Of a stretch of 11,977 bases of DNA, positions 7,849 through 11,977 are shown piece by piece. The first letter of the stretch is position 1. Each line of letters begins with the position of its first letter. Origin of the DNA: an uncultured Candidatus Marinamargulisbacteria bacterium (lineage in GTDB: Bacteria > Margulisbacteria > Marinamargulisbacteria > GCA-2716485 > CAXFGY01). The DNA lies in contig CAXFGY010000030.1 in NCBI GenBank assembly GCA_964002605.1, forward strand, positions 1-11,977. Direction: 5' to 3'. The position numbers and the translations under genes were made by a program. The notes beneath the pieces are model-generated. The model was given only the letters and a program-made list of their open reading frames with translations. It ran no database searches and was not told the DNA's origin.

Positions 7849-8814
7849 CTAGTGATGAACACTTCTTTTTTTACTAAATAAACTTAAAGAAAAATAATGC
7901 ATCTGGTTATACATATGCGCATTGCTACTCTCAAACGCATAGCTAAATTTAATTCCTCTAACCGTTAAATTGAGCCCTACTGATTTACGCATTATTGTAT
8001 CATCTAAATGTAATACACTACGTGTACCCAGTAACCCTTCAATATAAGGAAACCCCTGATACAATATCGTTGCTCCGCCTGCATACAACAATGGACTTGC
8101 CTTTGATTTATTAAGCTGTAGATGAAACTTTGACTCTATTCTTTTAAACACTACTTTTTTAGTCCCATTAATAAAAAGCTTTAATGGCAGCTCTTCATCC
8201 ACATAACTGGTCCCACTTGCATCACTGTAATTCATTTTGAACATTGGAAAAATATTATGGATACTAACTGCCAATTGATAACTAGGTTTAATATATTGTA
8301 AGCCAAAATCACTATTAAACCCTTTACCCGATATCGTCTCTAATGTTGTGCTGAACCATTTCATTGATCCGCCTACAACAATATGATCCAACACTTTATA
8401 ACTTGTTCCAAAATATAGCGTATCATAACTATATGAATATGAATCAGGGGATCTAACTACTTTTTTACCTGTTAAACCATCTTCTTGACTTGTTTTTGGG
8501 ATGTCATTCATTCCTGTTCGTGTCCAACCTAAACCAAAAGAATATAATTTATAAGCCTTCGATAGGCTGATATTTTGAATATTTACATCCTCAATCGTAT
8601 TCGTATGAAATGCATCTGCTGACCAATTCAGCGTATTATCCAGGAATGATGGATTGATAAAAATTGCATGAGCTGTTTTTGCACTTGAATGTGATCCACC
8701 AAGAGCAATAGACTCTGCCGACACACCAAGGTCAGTCACATCAAACGCAACTTCTGCATATAATGATATTGTCATTATCATTATTCCGCTAATTATTTTT
8801 ATTAAAAATCTCAT
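7849..8814 (-). CDS. Outer-membrane beta-barrel protein (copy B, 321 aa), paralog of the 122..1867 barrel without the Lys-rich tail. The plug motif is FadL/PorV/PorP-like.
   Basis: The signal peptide is MRFLIKIISGIMIMTISLYA. The motif DVTDLGVSAESIALGG...NPSFL is shared with copy A. Similarity is collinear over the full length, for example KLFINGTKK~KLFINSSKK, RKSVGLNLTVRGIKFSYA~RKSVGLNLKVKGIKLSYA and MHYFSLSLF~MHYISLSLF. An RBS AAGGGGG (plus 8821-8827) lies 6 nt upstream of the ATG. The gene begins 26 nt downstream of the large cargo gene. Confidence 0.6.
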   Translation of the reverse strand: MRFLIKIISGIMIMTISLYAEVAFDVTDLGVSAESIALGGSHSSAKTAHAIFINPSFLDNTLNWSADAFHTNTIEDVNIQNISLSKAYKLYSFGLGWTRTGMNDIPKTSQEDGLTGKKVVRSPDSYSYSYDTLYFGTSYKVLDHIVVGGSMKWFSTTLETISGKGFNSDFGLQYIKPSYQLAVSIHNIFPMFKMNYSDASGTSYVDEELPLKLFINGTKKVVFKRIESKFHLQLNKSKASPLLYAGGATILYQGFPYIEGLLGTRSVLHLDDTIMRKSVGLNLTVRGIKFSYAFESSNAHMYNQMHYFSLSLFSKKRSVHH

Positions 8815-8820
8815 TTTTTA

Positions 8821-8827
8821 CCCCCTT
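8821..8827 (-). promoter_or_regulatory. Shine-Dalgarno AAGGGGG for barrel copy B. The position suggests translational coupling or co-transcription with the upstream cargo gene.
   Basis: The reverse complement of plus ccccctt lies 6 nt before the ATG at 8812-8814. The gap to the upstream stop is only 26 nt. Confidence 0.65.
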
Positions 8828-8840
8828 GGTTGACCAACAA

Positions 8841-11800
8841 TTAGTTTTTAGTAGTTGGCTTTACTCCTAATTTTATTCTTCTAATCACTTCACCATCTTT
8901 TTCTATAATTACACTATAAGCTCCCACTGACATATGATGAAATTTAGTTGAATCAATTTTTATTTCATGATAGTAGTAACGTTCTTGTGTATTATCGATA
9001 TTAAATTCTGTTCGGTTAATCATTCCTCCATTTAATTCTTGGATATCTTTAACATGTAATCTACCCAATATATCAAATATATATATTGTAATTTCATGTG
9101 AGCTATCTTTTAAATCTGATCCAAAATAAATTGCGACAGTTAGTTCCTCTCCTTGAGGTAAAGGACTAGGATGAAGAAGGATTTCTTGAATTCCCCCGCC
9201 AGCAATATTACTAGCAACTTGAACATCATTGCTTTCTTGATAAATAATTCCTTGTGTATATAATTCACTTAGATTCCAACTACACCCTTCTTCTGCTTCA
9301 GGTAGTTTGACTTCATCAAAATTACCATTAATAGTTGAGAATTCAAATAATGTATAACTTTGACTACATTCTGTTTGACTAGAATGACCTGAATCTAATA
9401 TAGACATCATAATCGATGCATTTATATCTGAACTTTTAGATAGTGTACCACCTGTTGTTGTTGATGACTCATTACTATCAATTAATAATATCCCTCCATC
9501 AATCGCTAAGGTATTTCCTTTAAGCGTATTATTCAATGATAATTTAAGTTTAGAACCTGGTCCTATTTTTAATAAAGCGCCTACTTTTATTTCATTTTTA
9601 GCGGAGGACATCTTTAATGTTCCTCCATCTAAGCTAACACTTTTACTGCTTGATGATAATTCTAAGCTCCCTTGCTTTAAAGCAACCTGATCACTCGTTT
9701 CAGATACTTTTGTTGTTCTACTAATTACTTTTCCAGTTAATACTTCTATAATATCTTCATAATAATTAGACATTAAGTTAATCGCTTGATCTTTTTCTGT
9801 TTTTGTAAATGTTTTATTGTCTAATATTAACGCTGTTAAAGTATCATTATTTGGAATTGCATCAATATCATTAATGATTGAAGATAAATAACCGTCTTTA
9901 GTTAATTGGACTTTCTCTAACATATTGATAATTCCTAATCTTGTACTATTATTTTTAGTGTCTATTGTTTCTGGGAAATCATAAACACTTATTATTTCTC
10001 CTTTGGTTTTAGGCATACTCACTAATTCACTCGTTTCTGGATCCATTCCCAATGTACCTTCAATTGTTTTTGATGTTGTCAGCACACCGTTTATAGTCTG
10101 TACTTCTGTTGTTATTCCATCACTGATCTGAATTGTTTTTCTTTCAATAACAACGCCATTTGAATCTTGTTTTTCTGATGATGTTATCTCTGTAGTCGGA
10201 TCCCAAGTATTAATTGTTGTTGTGACTATATTTTTATTATTATCTTTTTCTAATATAGTAACACTATTTCCTGCCGTAATTTCTTCTGTAATATTGATAG
10301 TAACGCCATTACTATCTTGTAACACTGTTTCTATGCTATTTCCAAGCGTTGTTTCTATCTCAATTCTAGTGATTTCATGAGTCATTGTCTTATTAACTTT
10401 TGTTGCAACCACTGTCCCATCGCTATGCTTTTCTGTCGTTACTTCTTGAATATTTAATGTAATTCCATTTGGTAATTTTTGAACTTTTGTTAATTTATTT
10501 CCAGAAACTATTTCAACTTCTATTCCCATGATATTTTCGTTACTTTTAACACCATTGTATATGGTTCGTGTCAACTTATTATTTGTTGATATTAATTCTA
10601 CTGTCGTTTTTAGAATAGTATCTTTGGTTTCTCCATACTCAACTTTTGTAGTCAAATTATTACTCACTACTGTTTCAATCCTACCAACCACTTTTCCTTT
10701 TTGGTTGATTTGTACTGATATTTCCTTTGACTGACTTGAATCAACTATATTTCCAATTTTTGATATTTGGGTTTGCTTTAATATTGCACTTATTCCAGGT
10801 TTACCCACATATATTGTTGTTAATATCTGACCGCCTATTTTTTCAACAACAATACTTTGGATAATATTTGTATCACTAATTTCCCCGCTATAAAATATAG
10901 TGGTTACTTTATTACCCTCTGTTACTTTAATCTCACTACTTAACACATTCCCATTAACATCTTTTTCTATTGTTGTAATCGTATTATCTATTTCTATTTC
11001 CTCTACTATACTCAGTATATCCCCCAGTGGGCTTTGTTTTACTGTTGTTATACTATTTCCAGATACCGTCACTTCAGTAATTCCTGTCATATTACTCATA
11101 TTAGTATCGCCATTATAATCTACTGTTATTTCAATATTTCCAGAAGTCGTTATTGATTGACTATTGATTATATTATCTAAACTGATACTGCCGTTATAAT
11201 ATTTAGTTATTATTGTATTACCTGATGTTATGACTTCTGTACTCCCTATAATAAAACTAGTGTTCACTGCTCCTGCATAATTAATAGTTTGAATACGATC
11301 CGATAATGTAATGACTTTAGTACTACTACTCAATTGCCCTAAATTGTCTTTTAATGTCGTTATTGTGATATTATCTGAAGTTAAAACTTCAATAACCTCT
11401 ATAAGATTACCTGTTCCATCTGGACCATCAAACCTCATTGTAGTTACTAAATTACCGGATGTAATTATTTCTTTACTTCCAATAATATTACCCTCGCTAT
11501 TTTGTACGTTTTCAATTTGACTATTTCCTGATGATATAACTTGTCTTACTCCACTTAAATTATCTGGACTCACTACACCTGTATAAACTGATACAGTTGT
11601 TGTATTTCCTGATGTCACTGTTTCTGTACTTTGTAATACTGAAACTGGGTTTCCATTACTATCTACCTCATATGTTGAATTAATCACTATTCCGTCTGGT
11701 TCAGTAGTGACAGAATCTATACTCACAACTTCTCCATTTTGATCAATTTGAGTTGTCGTTACTTGATTTCCATCACTGGATGTCGTTGCCACTGTGGTTC

Positions 11801-11977
11801 CCGTTGCGGTTGCACCAGTTGTATTTGGTAATCCTGTACTTGCATCCGTAGTCACTGAACCATCATAACTTGTTGTGGTCACGGTTCCGCCATCACTGGA
11901 TGTCGTTGCCACTGTGGTTCCCGTTGCGGTTGCACCAGTTGTATTTGGTAATCCTGTACTTGCATCCGTAGTCACTG
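8841..11977 (-). CDS. Large secreted or surface repeat protein (cargo copy B, more than 1044 aa). It is 5'-truncated by the window edge. From the N-terminus it has Thr-rich 40-aa tandem repeats, then ~20 copies of a ~28-aa TSGN beta-type repeat, then a conserved ~430-aa C-terminal module ending in a T9SS-CTD-like domain.
   Basis: The ORF is open to the window end; the track's initial M is only a GTG in an open frame. The repeat consensus is approximately (E/Q)VITSGNxITTxxYxGxxSxxNIIxS, recurring from about residue 100 to residue 650. The C-terminal module is homologous to the 496-aa protein. The CTD-like end is HPSPLPQGEEL...ITIYIFDILGRLHVK...FHHMSVGAYSVII...GEVIRRIKLGVKP. Confidence 0.6.
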   Translation of the reverse strand, partial: VTTDASTGLPNTTGATATGTTVATTSSDGGTVTTTSYDGSVTTDASTGLPNTTGATATGTTVATTSSDGNQVTTTQIDQNGEVVSIDSVTTEPDGIVINSTYEVDSNGNPVSVLQSTETVTSGNTTTVSVYTGVVSPDNLSGVRQVISSGNSQIENVQNSEGNIIGSKEIITSGNLVTTMRFDGPDGTGNLIEVIEVLTSDNITITTLKDNLGQLSSSTKVITLSDRIQTINYAGAVNTSFIIGSTEVITSGNTIITKYYNGSISLDNIINSQSITTSGNIEITVDYNGDTNMSNMTGITEVTVSGNSITTVKQSPLGDILSIVEEIEIDNTITTIEKDVNGNVLSSEIKVTEGNKVTTIFYSGEISDTNIIQSIVVEKIGGQILTTIYVGKPGISAILKQTQISKIGNIVDSSQSKEISVQINQKGKVVGRIETVVSNNLTTKVEYGETKDTILKTTVELISTNNKLTRTIYNGVKSNENIMGIEVEIVSGNKLTKVQKLPNGITLNIQEVTTEKHSDGTVVATKVNKTMTHEITRIEIETTLGNSIETVLQDSNGVTINITEEITAGNSVTILEKDNNKNIVTTTINTWDPTTEITSSEKQDSNGVVIERKTIQISDGITTEVQTINGVLTTSKTIEGTLGMDPETSELVSMPKTKGEIISVYDFPETIDTKNNSTRLGIINMLEKVQLTKDGYLSSIINDIDAIPNNDTLTALILDNKTFTKTEKDQAINLMSNYYEDIIEVLTGKVISRTTKVSETSDQVALKQGSLELSSSSKSVSLDGGTLKMSSAKNEIKVGALLKIGPGSKLKLSLNNTLKGNTLAIDGGILLIDSNESSTTTGGTLSKSSDINASIMMSILDSGHSSQTECSQSYTLFEFSTINGNFDEVKLPEAEEGCSWNLSELYTQGIIYQESNDVQVASNIAGGGIQEILLHPSPLPQGEELTVAIYFGSDLKDSSHEITIYIFDILGRLHVKDIQELNGGMINRTEFNIDNTQERYYYHEIKIDSTKFHHMSVGAYSVIIEKDGEVIRRIKLGVKPTTKN
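11770..11977. repeat. Perfect 120-nt (40-aa) tandem direct repeat inside the large cargo gene. It very likely continues beyond the window edge.
   Basis: 88 nt at 11770-11857 are identical to 11890-11977, which is the end of the window. The period is 120 nt. The encoded unit is TTDASTGLPNTTGATATGTTVATTSSDG plus ~12 variable residues. Confidence 0.9.

Noticed and set aside
10528-11520. Three plus-strand ORFs of 68-72 aa (10528..10734, 10900..11118, 11311..11520) inside the large cargo gene.
   Set aside because: They are antisense to the long repeat-protein frame. The repetitive Ser/Thr/Ile/Val content of the sense strand automatically yields open hydrophobic antisense frames.

Overview
This window is AT-rich bacterial DNA, roughly 30% GC by eye. 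The ketol-acid reductoisomerase (KARI) encoded here is closest to the class I enzymes of Pseudomonas and other Gammaproteobacteria, so the organism is probably an AT-rich proteobacterium, perhaps Legionellales-like. That placement is inference. The window holds a small housekeeping island: cbiX and ilvC on the minus strand, and a MarC-family membrane protein, a divergent PP2C-type phosphatase and an SPFH/prohibitin protein on the plus strand. The island is flanked on both sides by two paralogous copies of a two-gene cassette, both on the minus strand. Each cassette encodes a signal-peptide-bearing secreted protein. One is 496 aa. The other exceeds 1044 aa, carries a long array of ~28-aa beta-type repeats plus perfect 120-nt Thr-rich tandem repeats, and is cut off by the window edge. 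Both secreted proteins end in a conserved C-terminal module whose last ~100 aa look like a type IX secretion (T9SS) sorting domain, with matches to its YPNP, hydrophobic-D-hydrophobic-G and KLxxxP features. Each is followed 24-26 nt downstream by a ~315-aa outer-membrane beta-barrel gene with a FadL/PorV/PorP-like N-terminal plug motif. One barrel carries an unusual ~265-aa Lys-rich coiled-coil C-terminal tail. This duplicated cargo-plus-barrel module is the best candidate for a new secretion or anchoring system in the window. No tRNA, rRNA, CRISPR array or obvious mobile element was seen.
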